From Octopus sinensis (taxonomy: Eukaryota): a DNA stretch of 64,000 nucleotides. The stretch's first letter is position 1. The number at the start of each line of letters is the position of its first letter. The stretch is taken from contig NC_043020.1 in assembly GCF_006345805.1 (NCBI RefSeq), forward strand, positions 11,966,001 through 12,030,000, read 5' to 3'. The translations under genes and the position numbers were made by a program. This document shows, piece by piece, positions 45,827 through 60,811 of this stretch. The notes under the pieces were generated by a model, which worked only from the letters and a program-made list of their open reading frames with translations, did no database searches and was not told where the DNA came from.

Positions 45827-47339
45827 TGAATATATATACAGTGACACATACTTACAATCATACATGCCTACACATACACATACGTATACACACGCACTAC
45901 TGAATGACGTAGCAAGGAAGCCTCACTGTGTTAGCTCGACTTGCTAGAAATAGCAGATCAAATACTCCCCAAATCACACTTCAATGATTTACGGAAAAGG
46001 ACACGTGACGTAACAAAGTCCGAGATATACCAAACAAAAAAGAAGAAAAAAACCAGGATAATCATTTCCGGGACGCCTTTGAATATTGGTCTGCTCAATG
46101 AAGACCAACAACAACAATAGCGAGTGGAGACGCAGTGGCCCAGTGGTTAGGGCAGCGGACTCGCGGTCGTAAGAACGCGGTTTCGATTCCCAGACCGGGC
46201 ATTGGGAGTGTTTATTGAGCAAAAACACCTAAGGTCTACGAGGTTCCGACAGGTGGCGGTGTGAACCCCGCTGTACTCTTTCACCACAACTTTCTCTCAC
46301 TCTTTCTTCCTACATCTACCACAAAGCAGAGGAACCATGGTGTAACCCACTATGGCGTGGTAAAACTTTCAGACCCTAGTCTAGATTGCGAATCCCCTGT
46401 ACCCCAGGATGGTTCTGCTCTCCACCTGTTAAAAAAGCCACCGTTTACGGAATGAGGATAACAACGTAGCTTTCGCGCCCGTGTAACTGCCATCCATCGC
46501 GTGTGGTGGGTGGATCTTCAAGTTGCCGCACGCATTCTTAGTAGCTTCGAGTAGGTTCGAATTAGAGATTATTATCTGTGGCTAATGGAAGAAGAAGAAG
46601 AAGAAAGAAGAAGAAGAAGAAGAAGAAAAGAAGAAGAAGAAGAAGAAGAAGAAGAAGAAGAAGAAGAAGAAGAAGAAGAAGAAGAAGAAGAAGAAGAAGA
46701 AGAAGAAGAAGAAGAAGAAGAAAAGAAGAAGAAGACAACAGCGGCGAGGACGACGACATATTCTTAACTGAATATGGTAAGTCAGGAACATAAAACAATC
46801 TCACTCCTTTAACCTGAATCTTTTCAACTCAGTAAATCTTATTATTAATCTCGTAATAGGGGTGACATGCTGGCAGAATTGATAGTACGCCGGACAAAAA
46901 GATTAGTGGCATTTCGTCCGTCTTTACGTTCTAAGATTAAAATTTCGCCGAGGTCGAATTTGCTTTTCATCCTTTCGGGATCGATAAAATAACTACCAGT
47001 TGAACTCCGGTTTCGATGTAATCAATTTGCCCACTCGCCTGAAATTACCGGTCCTGTGCCAATATGTGAAACCATTGTTAATATTACGTCATAGTTAGGT
47101 TGATATCATAAGTGAGTGGAGTGTTTTAGTTGTAAAAGTGCTGTCTAATCTTTAAAAGAAATGTGTAAGAGAAAGAATGGGAGAGAGGAAGGAAGAGATT
47201 TAGTCAGAGAAGAGGGAGAGGGAGAGAGAGAAAGAGAGAAATGAAAATAAGGAAATTAGGCCAAAATGGAGAGATTGATAGATACATTGATAGATAGGCA
47301 TGTATATGTACATATACATACATATACGTATGCATATAC

Positions 47340-47410
<71 letters not shown>

Positions 47411-47425
47411 TGTGAGTGTATGAAC

Positions 47426-47514
<89 letters not shown>

Positions 47515-47597
47515 AAGGAATACGCAAGTAAAAGAGACTTCGTTTCTTCGTGTCGATAGAATATAGTCAGCTGCTTCAATAATAGACTAAAGAAATA

Positions 47598-50500
47598 ATG
47601 TCTACAGGTCTGACAGAAGAAGACATAAGAGATTTCCTTCATGACAACCCAGAATTCGTTGATAAATGGCTTTCAGAACACGGCATGGAAGAAATAGCAC
47701 CCGATTTTTCGAAACATAAGATTTTATCAAAAGCTGCCCTAAAATTTTGGGGTAAACTGTCTCCCAAACAAGATCCAACTCAATATCTTGAGAATTCGGT
47801 TGAGGAACCAGAGTTACCTGTTAGTAAGATGAATTTGTTCAGAGATACACTCAAAGTGGTTCAGTCAGACATTAATTCAACGAGAGTTACTAAAAGAATT
47901 CTTCAAAACGCCTGCATTTTGCTTCGTTGTCATGCAACGAGCCTTCTTTTGGTCCAAGGAGTTGGTAAAAATCGATTTCTTATTTCGGAAACCAGTAATA
48001 TTTCAACTAGATCTCAACTTGGCGAAATAGATAATACAGAAGAAGACACGGTTCATCTACCATTTGGCAAAGGAATTGTTGGTTTCGTAGCGGAAAACGA
48101 ATGTTTAGTAAATATAAAAGAAGCGTGGCGTGATTCACGCCTTACAGAAAATATGAGAGAGACTAACTGTCAAATTAAATCGATTCTTTCGCTACCAATT
48201 TTCGATAAAAACGATCGTGTGATAGGAGTAGCTAAAGCATTGAATAAATTGGATGGAGATAATTTCGATTCTAGTGATGAAAACTTATTCGAATGTTTTT
48301 CGAAAATTTGTGCTCTGAATCTCAACAATGATCAGTTCTTTAAGGCTGCCCAAGGAGAAAAAATACGGCATCAAATGTTATTGAAACTCGGTCGGTGTTT
48401 TTTGAAAACTGGGGAGGATTTCCAGAGACTTGTATCTGAAATTCTTCAATACGCCATCAAAATGCTGGACTGTGATAATATTAGCATCTATTTAAGTGAT
48501 GATATAGACGATGCACGTCAACTGACCGAGTCAGCGAACGTTTTACAACTTTTGAAGGGAGACACTAAAGTAAAAAATGCACCTATAGACCCGATGTTCA
48601 TATCATTTATTGAACGAAATATGAATAGTGCTAGCATGGTGAATGTAGTTAGCGTGACTAATTTACATGATAGAACCAAATGGAAAACAAAAATCACAGT
48701 GGATGGCGATATACTAAATTGGATAATTTGCGTGACAATACACGGTGATCGCGATAGTGTAATTGGTTATATGATGTTTCTCAGGAAGACGATTAATACC
48801 TTTAGTGAAAATGACATTAATATGTTGGAGACATTTGCCATTTTCTGCGGACTGGCGATTTATAACGACCATTTGTACAAAAGTTGCAATAAAATAACAT
48901 CCAGCCAAGATTTCGCATACGAATTGCTTCAGTTTCACACGACTTGCGAAGAAGAAGAAGCTTATGACATGCAACATCAAGACATTCGCACAACAAGTCA
49001 CTATAAACTTTACTCTTACAATTTTATTAGTTATTTATACTCAGAAGACGAACAGGTTATATTGACTGCTCTTATCTTTATAGAAATGAACGCTCTAAAT
49101 TCATTGAAAATATCCAAGTTTACTTTGTATAGATGGATACTAACTGTGAAAAAAAACTATCGTCCTCTTACCTACCATAATTGGCAGCATGCTGTCAATG
49201 TTACTCAAGCAATGTTTTGTATGTTGACCACCGGTAGATTACAAGTATATTTCAAAGAATTTGAACTAATATGTCTGCTAATAGCTTGCTTGTTTCATGA
49301 CATTGATCACAGAGGAACCAATAATGCATTCCAAGTGAATACAGCATCGCCTCTTGCTACTCTCTACAATACGTCTGTGTTGGAAAACCATCATATAAAT
49401 CGAAGTATCATGATATTGCAAAATGAAGATACAAATATTTTAAAAAACGTTTCAGCTGAAAAATATAAGAAGGCTCTCAAATTTATCGAGAAAGCAATCC
49501 TCGCTACAGACCTTGTAGATTATTTTTTGAAAAGAAACACTTTTAGAAAACACATCGAAGACGGTAACAAAACTTTTGAGTCTCGAGAAAGCGTTGAATT
49601 ATTAACTAGTATGATAATGACTGCAGCTGATCTTACAGCTATTACCAAGCCATGGGATTTTCAAAAATTCTCAGTCATGTTAATGGCTGAGGAATTCTTT
49701 ACACAAGGAGACATGGAAAGAGATTATGATATTCCTCTGTTGCCGTTAATGGATCGCAATTGTATACGCGAAATACCACAAATGCAAGTTGGTTTTATTG
49801 ATTTTGTGAGTACACTGCTTTATAAAACTTTGTCAGAACTGCATGAAGAATTGGAGCCTTTATATCATGGGATGCTCGACAACAGAGCTCACTGGGCTGG
49901 TATTGCAAATGGTGATGAAATATTTGATATTAAGAAAGAGTATGAATTAGCTTTAAAGACGTTTTACTCAGGAGTACCGATATCGAGTACGACTACTCCG
50001 ATGTTACAAGTAAATGTAGCCACACAGACAGTTCTGACATATTTAAATGTGGTGCTAGAGCAACAAACCATCCAAACCATACTTTCTTATCCTATTGAAG
50101 AATTAGTCACTGTGGATGATCTAACAATACCTGTTTCACCGGAAACTGAGATGATTACTAGAGTAACAAAGAATTGTCAAACCGATGAACGATCCCCAAC
50201 TGTAAGCGAAGTATCTGTTCAGACTTATGTACCTGCTACACGTACTGGTGAAGCCTCACCCGATGAACCACAACCACACGTGTTCAGACGACAACCGTCC
50301 ACTTTAACAAAATCTGGGAACTACTCGGGATCAGAAACTATAGTTTCATCACGTTCCAAGTCGTCATTATACAGGTCGCCTTATACAGCTAGACGATCAA
50401 GTTGTTTCGATGAGCTTCTTTACGAAAGACGCCGGGAATTAGAGCAGGAAAAAGGAAAATCATTTAGAAATGCACTCTGTTTAGAAAAACCTTTGTCTAT

Positions 50501-51005
50501 AAAAAGATCATCGCGTGTTATTTTACCACCGAACCCAATACGACGGGAAAGCACACAAACACGTTCCAGTGATTATATATTCAACAGAAGTTCGTCTACC
50601 ATACGGTTTTCGATTGGGGAAATTTCTCAAAGAGATGAAGTTTTGTTTGAAAACATTCCGAAGAAGTCTTCTTTGAAATCCGAAATATCGGTGAAATCTC
50701 CCATTAAGGAGAACGAAAATGTTCGTAAGAAGAGTAAAGAGGTACAGATAACTACGCCAAAAAAGAACAGACTGTCTTGGACGGATGCATACGAGGGTAG
50801 TGATAGTACAAAAAGTAGAATACCTGTGGCTCGAAAGTCACTTTCTATACCGAGAGATCGAAAGGACAGTGTGGTTAAAAGATCGAGTTCAATAATGAAA
50901 AAAGATACGACACAGAATATGGAGTTTCGAAAACGAAAATGTGTGAAAGCTGTTCCAAAGAATTCTCAAAGGCGTAAAAGATTGGCTATTTGTGTGATTT
51001 GTTAG
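47598..51005 (+). CDS. Intronless PDE5/6/11-family phosphodiesterase, type A copy 3 (1135 aa, ends CVIC*)
   Basis: Uninterrupted ORF, essentially identical to A1 apart from a 21-nt in-frame deletion in the tail (ENVLEPVKNDNV to ENENV) and the intact C-terminus. Confidence 0.96.
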   Translation: MSTGLTEEDIRDFLHDNPEFVDKWLSEHGMEEIAPDFSKHKILSKAALKFWGKLSPKQDPTQYLENSVEEPELPVSKMNLFRDTLKVVQSDINSTRVTKRILQNACILLRCHATSLLLVQGVGKNRFLISETSNISTRSQLGEIDNTEEDTVHLPFGKGIVGFVAENECLVNIKEAWRDSRLTENMRETNCQIKSILSLPIFDKNDRVIGVAKALNKLDGDNFDSSDENLFECFSKICALNLNNDQFFKAAQGEKIRHQMLLKLGRCFLKTGEDFQRLVSEILQYAIKMLDCDNISIYLSDDIDDARQLTESANVLQLLKGDTKVKNAPIDPMFISFIERNMNSASMVNVVSVTNLHDRTKWKTKITVDGDILNWIICVTIHGDRDSVIGYMMFLRKTINTFSENDINMLETFAIFCGLAIYNDHLYKSCNKITSSQDFAYELLQFHTTCEEEEAYDMQHQDIRTTSHYKLYSYNFISYLYSEDEQVILTALIFIEMNALNSLKISKFTLYRWILTVKKNYRPLTYHNWQHAVNVTQAMFCMLTTGRLQVYFKEFELICLLIACLFHDIDHRGTNNAFQVNTASPLATLYNTSVLENHHINRSIMILQNEDTNILKNVSAEKYKKALKFIEKAILATDLVDYFLKRNTFRKHIEDGNKTFESRESVELLTSMIMTAADLTAITKPWDFQKFSVMLMAEEFFTQGDMERDYDIPLLPLMDRNCIREIPQMQVGFIDFVSTLLYKTLSELHEELEPLYHGMLDNRAHWAGIANGDEIFDIKKEYELALKTFYSGVPISSTTTPMLQVNVATQTVLTYLNVVLEQQTIQTILSYPIEELVTVDDLTIPVSPETEMITRVTKNCQTDERSPTVSEVSVQTYVPATRTGEASPDEPQPHVFRRQPSTLTKSGNYSGSETIVSSRSKSSLYRSPYTARRSSCFDELLYERRRELEQEKGKSFRNALCLEKPLSIKRSSRVILPPNPIRRESTQTRSSDYIFNRSSSTIRFSIGEISQRDEVLFENIPKKSSLKSEISVKSPIKENENVRKKSKEVQITTPKKNRLSWTDAYEGSDSTKSRIPVARKSLSIPRDRKDSVVKRSSSIMKKDTTQNMEFRKRKCVKAVPKNSQRRKRLAICVIC

Positions 51006-51652
51006 ACTACCATTATATGGGCCGGAGGAACAACTGGTGTTCTAGTAACGAAAATAAATGAAATAACAAAGGCATTAAAATGTTTTCTCTTTATGCACAA
51101 AGCCGACATTTTTGAGGAGAGGATGCGGGATTAGTCGAAATCATTGAATCCATTCCTTGACTCGTACTCCGAAGAAATGAAACGTAAAGTTAACCTCGGC
51201 GGGATTTGACTTCAGAAGGTATAGACGAGGGACAAATATGGTGAAGCATGTATTCCGATACTAACGATTGTGCCACCTCATCGCCCTCACAACAGATATT
51301 AAAATATGCCGTTGAGAGAGTAATTAAATTAAATAAATTGATTAGCAAATATTTAAGTTTCTGGTTTCAAACTTTGGCATTTAAACCAGCAAATCAAACT
51401 CAAATATTCTGCTTGTTTCATGTTTAAATCTAAACCGGCCAGATCTGGCCTCTCACACCTACCCGACAATGTCATTCAAAAAATATAATCACCCTCTCGA
51501 AATCTCGAAGCTACGAGCTGGTAACAATGTATTTTACTGCCGACAGACAGAAACACCGACCACACACACAATCTAACATTCACTCTCACCCTGTATACAT
51601 GCATACATACATACATACATACATACATACATACATACATACATACATACAT

Positions 51653-51691
<39 letters not shown>

Positions 51692-51785
51692 ATTAAACTT
51701 ACTTGGAAATGAATGCGTGGCGTTCAATCATATAATAATATAATAAAAATATATACATGTATATATACATACCAACTTTCTCATC

Positions 51786-51836
<51 letters not shown>

Positions 51837-52794
51837 GATATGGATATATGGGTAATGGACATCACAAATTGTAAACAACGTGAAATACGAAGACAAACTC
51901 GGGTACGCAAACAACGAGAGAAGCAAATGGAAAACAAGACAAGTAACATAAAGAACGACCCGTCATCAGTTGTTGGCTGTCCATCTGCTCCTCATTTCGA
52001 GCAATATGTATAACAAACGATGGATAGGTGTCATTTCGCTACAGCTGTTTCTAACAGTTGTCAAATGATTAATGAGTACATTATGTTATTATAAAAAGTT
52101 GCATGATTAATTCAAAGTAATCAAAGCAAATAAGCATTACATTTGACAGAGAACACTGAATGTTGAAGATATAACTGCTGGGGCAGTGGCGTAACTGAAT
52201 GGTTTCAGGTTGGCCGAAACAAATTGCGATTTACCTTTCATCTTGGGAGAATGAAAGATAAATCCCAAGCAGTTAAATGAAAAGGTACCAGTCAAATACT
52301 AGGGTCGATTTAATCGATGGTTGGCATGTGCCAACATGCGATTGGACGGCACGAACTGTAGAGCCCAAATCTCCACCCAGTGGTGGGGCTCCAACGTCAA
52401 GTTAAGCGAGACGCTGTTTGGAGGTGGTAACGATGTATTTTATGTCAATAGACAGAAACACACCACACACACACACACACACACACATACACACACATAT
52501 ACACACAACGTAAGATTCACTCACATACGAAGACTCTCTCCCTATATACCGTTAGTTAAAAGGACCAATGAAACAAAACAATTTGCAAATGTGTGTATTA
52601 AACTAATTGTATATGTTTGCTTATAACCTTATATTCGTTCCATTCTAAACAAAACTGTCCGACGAACGAGGAGGTGAAACTCTGAGTAACAGTTTTTTGT
52701 GATATTTTTGCTGCCTTTTGAAAAAGCATATTACTCTACTTCTGGTATTCGAATACTATTTCTCCACCTTGTTTCGCATTTATGTGCTTACTCT

Positions 52795-52889
<95 letters not shown>

Positions 52890-54204
52890 ATATATATATT
52901 ATATATATATATATAAATTTTTGCGTAATGAGATAAAAAAAACCAAGGCTGTATCGATATTAGAGCATTTATAGATAGGTCTTACAGCTGTTTCTAGGAT
53001 ATTTATTAATAATAATATCCCTTCATCGGAGACAGTGTGAGAGGAAAAGTTAAGTCATAGTTAGTTTCGATGTAATATAAATAGAGAGTGAGGTGGAGGA
53101 AAGAAAATAGATGTAAGATATGTATGGTTATTGAGTTAAAAAATCCGTTTTATAGGCATAATGGTATATATGTGTATTATTTCAATATCCTTTGAGTAAA
53201 ATCCAAAAGTCCAACAGAGTTTAATATGAGTCCAACATATATTTATATAACAAATGATGGATAGGTGTCAATTTATTACAGCTGTTTCTAACGAATTTTT
53301 TTTGAATTTGTTTAATGTGTACATTATATCATTATAAAAAAACGCTTTCTTCAGATGAATATACAAATTTTGCAATTAAGAACACTTGGAAGAAATTTAA
53401 ATCCGCGGCATGTGTATATTTTGTGACTCCACGATCAATACAGGTCACAGAATGAGTTTGCCAAATCAAAATAGAACAAATTCAAGTGGTTTTGTACGAC
53501 ATATGTGGGAAGAGTGTATTTAACTCGTCTATATTGTCTATATAGTGGAGGTGCAATGGCCCAGTGGCTAGGGCAGTTGACTCGCAGTCGTAGGATCGCG
53601 GTTTCGATTCCAAGACCGGGCGTTGTGAGTGTTTATTGAGCGAAAACACCTAAAAGCTCCACGAGGCTCCGGCAGGGGGTGGTGATCCCTGCTGTACTCT
53701 TTCACCGCACTTTCTCCCACTCTTTCTTCTGTTGGCCTGCTTGCTTAGCCAGCGAGGTGGCGTCATTCGAAGGCTAAAAACAATGCGAACGCATTGTGAC
53801 CAGTGATGTGTAACAACATCTGATGGTCTGGTCGGTCATGTGATCACGTGATATTGTCTATATGTGGGAAGAGTGTATTTAAGATTTATGGTCTTGAAGA
53901 AAGTTAGTCGGCTTTGTAGCTGGATGAAGCGGGTGAAAAATGAACAGCCGAAGTCTCCTTTCCACAATTAAGAAAGAGGTTGTTCCATCAAGGCGGTGTC
54001 TCAGCATAGCATGACCACAGTCTAATGACTGAGGTGGTCATATTTAACGCTCGAGAAGATTGGTAATGTCTTTGACGTTTCGAGCCTACGTTCTTCTACA
54101 GAAAGGGACACAGAAAAAAGGAGAGAAACAAGGGGAGAAAAAAAGGAGAGAAAAAATGTGTGTAGTGGCTAATGATCTATGATGGCGATATATATATATA
54201 TATA

Positions 54205-55060
54205 TTCGTCGTACGTCACAGAGTAGGAGTAGGACGAAGTAGGAGAAAGAGTAGTATAAGTGAGGGGGGGGCAGAGAAAATAGTAATTCAGTGAAGGAGA
54301 AGTAGCGAGAGAAAGTAATAGCAATGGAGAAAGGAAAGGGTGAATGATGAATATCGAGAGAAGGGGTGAAAAAAATCAACTCTGAGTATATGTGTGTATG
54401 TGTGTGCATGTATAAAGGGAAGTATGCGGTGTTTGTTTTTTTCTGTGACTATTAGGTACCCTATTTTCTACCTTAATTTATATATAAAATGCTACATTAG
54501 CCGTCATTTTTGACGGCACAGGGTCAGCTATGTGTAATATATCGAAAGAACAGCTTCGTAACACGGCTAGTCCGAGGTAATGCTGAACTAACAGCCGTAT
54601 TTGCCGGCGTAAAAAACGAATTTATTTTATTCTAAAATGCATCACAATTATTCTAAATTTCATTCTAAAATGTATCTAATTCGATATTGTATTTATATGA
54701 TTTATATGTACAGAATCATATATTTTCCTTACAAAACCACTTTAAAATATATACGATGAAAGGTACTACATTTGTTTTTGCTATAAACTATGCTTGTAAA
54801 ATAGGGGTATGCCTAATGCAAAACTGTGCCTTATACGTTGGAAAATACAGTGCTCCTTTAATAGTTTTAATATATGTTAATAGTAGGCGTAAATGTAGGA
54901 GTGGCTGTGTGGTAAGTAGCTTGCTAACCAACCACATGGTTCCGGGTTCAGTCCCACTGTGTGGCACTTTGGGCAAGTGTCTTCTACTATAGCCTCAGGC
55001 CGACCAAATACTTGGGAGTAGATTTGGTAGACGGAAACTGAAAGAAGCCCGTCATATGTA

Positions 55061-55113
<53 letters not shown>

Positions 55114-58100
55114 TTGTGTGCCTGTGTTTGTTCCCCCAACATCGCTTGACAAACGATGCTGGTGTGTTTACGTCCCCGTAACTTAGCGGTTCGGCAAAAG
55201 AGACCGATAGAATAAGTACTAGGCTTCCAAAGAATAATTCCTGGGGTAGATTTGTTCGACTAAGAGCCGGTGCTCCGGCATGGCCGCAGTCAAATGACTG
55301 AAACAGTAAAAGAGTAAAGGAGTATTTTCTGTTTGTATCTTCATGCCAATGGAATGGAGAAGCTTTGACAATATTTGGTGGAATTCTGACTTAAACACGT
55401 CATATAACCCTTCATAACTTTTTTATTTTTTGGAATGTTCAGAATATTTATTGCATATTTGTGTTCTACACACGGGAATTCATACATACATTTTTAAAAT
55501 TAATTTTTCGATTTTTTTTTTTTATAATTTCGAAATATTTCGTTTTACATCACAGTTTAAAATATGGACAGTCCGAATTTTGGGGTTAAATTCCATCAAT
55601 AAACCATTATGTTTATGGGAAAGAAGATTTTGAAAAGCATCAATACGTCAGAGTGGCGAACAAACGAGGATAATAAGAAGTGGTCGTGAGATGTACTAAA
55701 AATAACAGCTAAATAGCCCTTAAGTCACACACACACACACACACACACAATTTTGTTAGGGGATCATAACCGTATGAATTCCCGTGCGTAGAACACAAAT
55801 TCAGAAAAATTTTCTGAAGATTCCAAAAGTAAAAAAAGTTATGAGGAGTTATATAGCTTGCTTGAAGAAGAATTCCGCCCATCTTAAAATAAATCTGCTT
55901 GTCGCTCCGTTTATTAGCCCACCCGTAACACTTCCACGTGGTTAGTTGAAGGGGAGGAGAAGAAAGGGGAAAAGAGAGATGGGGAAGGCACATAACCTTT
56001 GAACACAGGGGACACAACAAGGACAGACGAAACAAGACATTGGGGTACATATAAAACACATATCGAATGGACTATGACTATGATAAAAAAAAATGAGGAT
56101 GAAATGGCTTATTCGCCCCCCAAAGCAAGCAGTTTCATTTTATTGTTCTTTTTAATTACAGTTCACTTTACAGTCATGTATCTTTTTGTTTCTTAAACAT
56201 ACAATTACAACAAATATTGCATAAGATCGTCGAAAATGACAACAGGCGGCAACTCGTCGTATCTAAACTGAAGTGGTGATATTACAACTCTTTTTTTTTC
56301 CCCTAACAGTTCTACTAATCTCTCCCCTCTTTCTCTCTCCAGTAGCACGCCCTTCTTACCTCCTCAGTTTACCAATTTCACTCTGATAACATTTTTCATC
56401 TTTGTTACTCTCTTTTCGATTTCAACACTTTTTTCCTATTCTACGAGGTTTCGTAAATTTCTCTCTTTAGGTACCTTTCTCTGATATCTTTCACCATTCT
56501 CTTCGTCCAACACAATTTTCTCTGTCTCAAATTCGCTGCTTCTTTCGTTTTCATTCTTCTGTCATGCTCCTTCTTCCTTACTGGTTGAAGGCAACGGTTC
56601 CTGAGTTCGCTTTTCACTTGATTTGCCACATCTCTTCAGTACAATGTCACTGCAAGAAGTGGACCAAAACCATTTCTAAAGAGAGATTTAGAGATTTCTT
56701 TTTTCACGGCTTAAGTACTTCTAATAAGGTATTTAATGCCACTATAATTTAATACTTAATGATTATTTTTAATGTAGATGCAGTTTCCTTTTAATTAACC
56801 TAAATGATTTAAACTAATAGTGTGATGTCATACATTAGAGATTGACGTCATGTTTAGAAAAATTGCCGTTCTTTTGATAGAGCATTTTAAAGAATGCAGT
56901 TTTATGTAGATTAAACGGCTACATACAAATATATGAACATCATTGCCATACAAATGATTGTGGTAAAAAAAATATGGTCAATATCCTCATCATTATCAGC
57001 ATCAACAAAAATATAATTGGTTTCGATTTCGATACTACACCAGTAAATGATGGATGATTTACAGCAAGATGAGGTTGAAAATTTCTTACAGAATAATCCA
57101 GATTTCGTTCGCAAATGGCAATCTCGGCATTTTACAGTGGACGTCAAAAGGCAAAGCCTTAAATGCACGTTGAAAGTACCGGGAGAGACCGGTTATAGTG
57201 CAACTACAAGTGATACAGTATTACAGGAGGTGAAATCAAAATCAAGAGGGTATACTTCAGTAGTGACAGAGAATGAAATATACAGAGAGTTTGTAAAAGA
57301 CACTGTTTTCGAAGTCAATGTCGACAAACAGTGTCATAAAATTCTTCAAAATGCTTGTATCGTCCTCGATTGTGAGAGAGCGAGCCTATTTCTGTTACAT
57401 GGAACTGCTAAAAAGCTACACTTAGTTTCCAAGCTCTTTGACGTTACAGCCACCTCGGTTATGGAGGATACAATTCACAACGAAGAAAATGCCATTCGCA
57501 TTCCTTTCGGGAAAGGAATTGTCGGATATGTAGCTGAATACAGTTGTCTATTGAACATTAAAGATGCCTACGAAGACGAACGTTTTTTACATGAGATTGA
57601 TAAATCAACGGGGTTCTGTACGAAAAGTATTCTATCTGTACCAATAAGGATAGAGATGGCGTCGTAATAGGTGTAGCTCAAGCATTGAATAAGAAACATG
57701 ATCGTTATTTCGATTCGAATGATGAAATTATATTTCAGAACTTTTTGTCGTTTTGCGGAATCAGTATAATCAACGAACGGTTGTTAGAAATATCACAAGT
57801 GGAATTTAAACGCCACAAGTTATTGCTAAAACTTGCCAAATTTGTTCTGAAAGAGCAAATCAATTTTCGAAAGCTTATATCAGAAATTCTTCGACATGCC
57901 ATGGATATGTTAGACTGTAGCAAGATTTCTGTTTATTTAACAGAAAACAGAATGGATGCGGCCTCTCCGACGACATCGTCTAAAGTTTACCAGTTATTAA
58001 AAGATGAAGAAGAAGTGGAGGAAGTTCCGTTAGATCCGAAATATATAATACCAGTTGACCAAAATTTAAAAAGTATCAATATAATCGATATAATTCGATT

Positions 58101-58340
58101 ACAAAGTGAATCTAGAGAAACTTTAATCACTGTTGAAGGTGAGGTTGGCAGTTGGCTACTGTGTATGACAATAACAAATGCTACAAGTGAGGTCGTCGGT
58201 TGCATAATATTTGTGAGACATTCCAAAGATGTTTTCGACCAAAGTGACATCAACCTAATGGAGACGTTTGCATTGATTTGTGGAATCAGTATTCATAATT
58301 GTCGCATATATGAACGTTCTGTTAGGATGTTGGCACAGCG
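54205..58340 (+). repeat. Duplicated block (B upstream region + B GAF half), homologous to ~18305-22460
   Basis: Same SINE, MITE, CRE and 5' coding sequence in the same order; high identity ends at ...TTGGCACAG. Confidence 0.9.
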
Positions 58341-60375
58341 AGAAACATTGAACCAGTTACTTGCCTATCATACTACATGCGACCGAAGCCTTATTGAACC
58401 TTTCTTACAAGAAGAGCCAGGATCCTCTGAAGAGTACCATATATATTCCTATAACTTTGATGAATCTTGCTTTACAGATGATGAAACTATTCATTTGTGT
58501 TTTCGGATGTTACTTGAAAAAAATGCGTTGATCCTATTGAATTTGCCTATTGATATTTTATACAGGTTTATTTTAACAGCAAAGAAGAATTATCGTCTAA
58601 ACATTTACCATAACTGGAGACATGCTGTTAATGTTATGCAGGCGATGTTTTGTATATTGACTACTGGTCAAATGCAATTATATTTCACAGAATTTGAGCA
58701 GATTTGCTTATTAATAGCAGCTCTAGTTCATGATCTTGACCATAGAGGTAAAAATAATGCATTTCATGTGAAGACCTCATCTCCTTTTGCTACACTGTAC
58801 AGTTCATCTGTCTTGGAATACCATCACATAGAGAGAACTTTCATGATATTAAACACTACCGAAACCAACCTATTTCAGAATCTCTCAGATACAAATTACA
58901 AGTACGGTCTTAAAGTTATCGAGAAAGTCATTCTGGCCACAGACTTGCAAACTTATTTTAGAGAACGTGAAGTTTTTAAGGAAAAAATCGAAAGCGGAGA
59001 CAAAATGTTTGACACCCGAGAAAGCATCGAATTATTAATGAGGATTTTAATGACAGCAGCTGATCTTTCAGCTATTACAAAGCCGTGGGAAATTCAAAAG
59101 GCAGTTGCAGTTAAAGTTGCAGCTGAATTCTACGAGCAGGGAGACGAAGAAAAGGGTTTAAATCAAGAAGTTGTTGCTCTCATGGATCGAGAAAAACGAT
59201 ACAAACTTCCTGGAATGCAAGTCGCATTTATCAATGATATTTGTATCCCACTTTATCAACTTTTATGTGAATTACAAGACGGTTTGATGCCGCTATATGA
59301 AGGGGTGCTACAAAATAGGATTCATTGGTCCAATATAAACGACAACTTAGAAGATTTTGACATTGATTTTGAAATGCAAAAAGTTTACAGTGATTTCGCA
59401 CTCTCTTTAGTTTTTGAAGCGGATACGATCTCCACTCCCCCTTCTGAACATGATAAGATCATCAACACGTCTATTTGTACCCAAACAAACTTAATTTTCC
59501 CAAAGATCAAAGAAATAAAAGAATACAGGGAAGAATCCAGTCAAACTGCTGACTTTGAAGAAAGTTTTCAGAGATCTACCAGTATAATCGGATTATTAGG
59601 ATCTATTATTGTTTTAGAGAAAGTAAAAGAAACTCCTTCACCAAAACTTTTATCTGTAGAAATAGACAAATATAAGGATAGAAAGTCAAAAGGTATCCAG
59701 ACAATAGTGCTTCGACGTTCTCAGACCGCTAGGTATGAAAGGAGGTATGGATATGTCTCTAGTAATTTAGTTCCTACAAATTCTACGGCTTGGGGCGTGG
59801 CCAGTTTGGAACTGAGCGATTTCATTCTGCCAACCAAACCTTCACCTGTAAAATCGAAGTCAGTTGGACCCGAATTGGAGAGTTGTATAAGAAAATCTCG
59901 TCAAACATTTTCTATCTATGAAAGTCAAGGGCAAGTTAAAACAGAAGAAGCGTGGTCTCTGAAATTCAGAAACGATTCAATAATGCCGAAGATGACAATA
60001 CAACATCCGTCAAAGAGAGAAAGTATGTTCTCTGAAGGAACAGAAGGAAGATCAAGCATGAGCGAACCATTCAACACATTGTTTCCGGCATTTTCTTCAA
60101 CAAACGTCTCGTATAGCGAAAGAGGGTCTCGTGGCCCCGAAGAAGAAAAAGGCAAGAGTGAACAGCAATCATCTGAGATTTTTAAAAAAAGGGACAGTTA
60201 TGGAATGAGCGCCGAAGAAAAGGAAAGGATTGCTAGTACTGCTAGGAGAGAACTGAACCAAGAACGAAGGAGAAAATGTGTGAGGAAAATTCCACGAAGC
60301 AGGCCAAGTTCTATAGCTTCGAAAAGACAGGATACGATACATCACTTTAGAAAGTGGATGTGTACGATTTCATAA
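57047..60375 (+). CDS. Intronless PDE5/6/11-family phosphodiesterase, type B2 (1109 aa after repairing a 1-nt deletion at ~57645; ends CTIS*)
   Basis: ORFs 57047-57667 and 57685-60375 join if CCAATAAG is read as CCAATTAAG, as in B1. Motifs YHNWRH, HDLDHRG, ADLSAITKPW and LPGMQVAF are present; AATAAA follows the stop. Confidence 0.88.
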
Positions 60376-60811
60376 GCAATAAATAAAGAGAGCAAAGGCG
60401 AAAATAGGAGAGATGAGAAGAAACAAAATTTGCATAAAACTGTTAATCAACAAGTAACAGTAAATAAAAGAACAATAAAATCTGTGTCCATGTACGTGTT
60501 TTTTAGTGTGCGTGTGTGTGAGTGAGTGTGTGTGTGTATGCGTGTGAGTGTGTGTGTGTGTCTGTTTGTGTGAGTGAGTGAGCGTGTGGGGGGTGTGGGG
60601 GGGTGAGTGAGTGAGTGAGTGTGTGTGTATATGTGTGAGTGAGTGTGTGTGTGTGTGTGTGTGTCTGTGTGTGTGTCTATGTCTGTGTGTGTGTAAGTGA
60701 GTGTGTGTGTGTGTGAGTGTGTGTGTGTGTGTGTGTGAATGAGTGAGTGTGTGTGTGTGTGTCTGTCTGTGTGTCTGTGTGTGAGTGTGTGTCTGTATGT
60801 GTGTGTGTGTA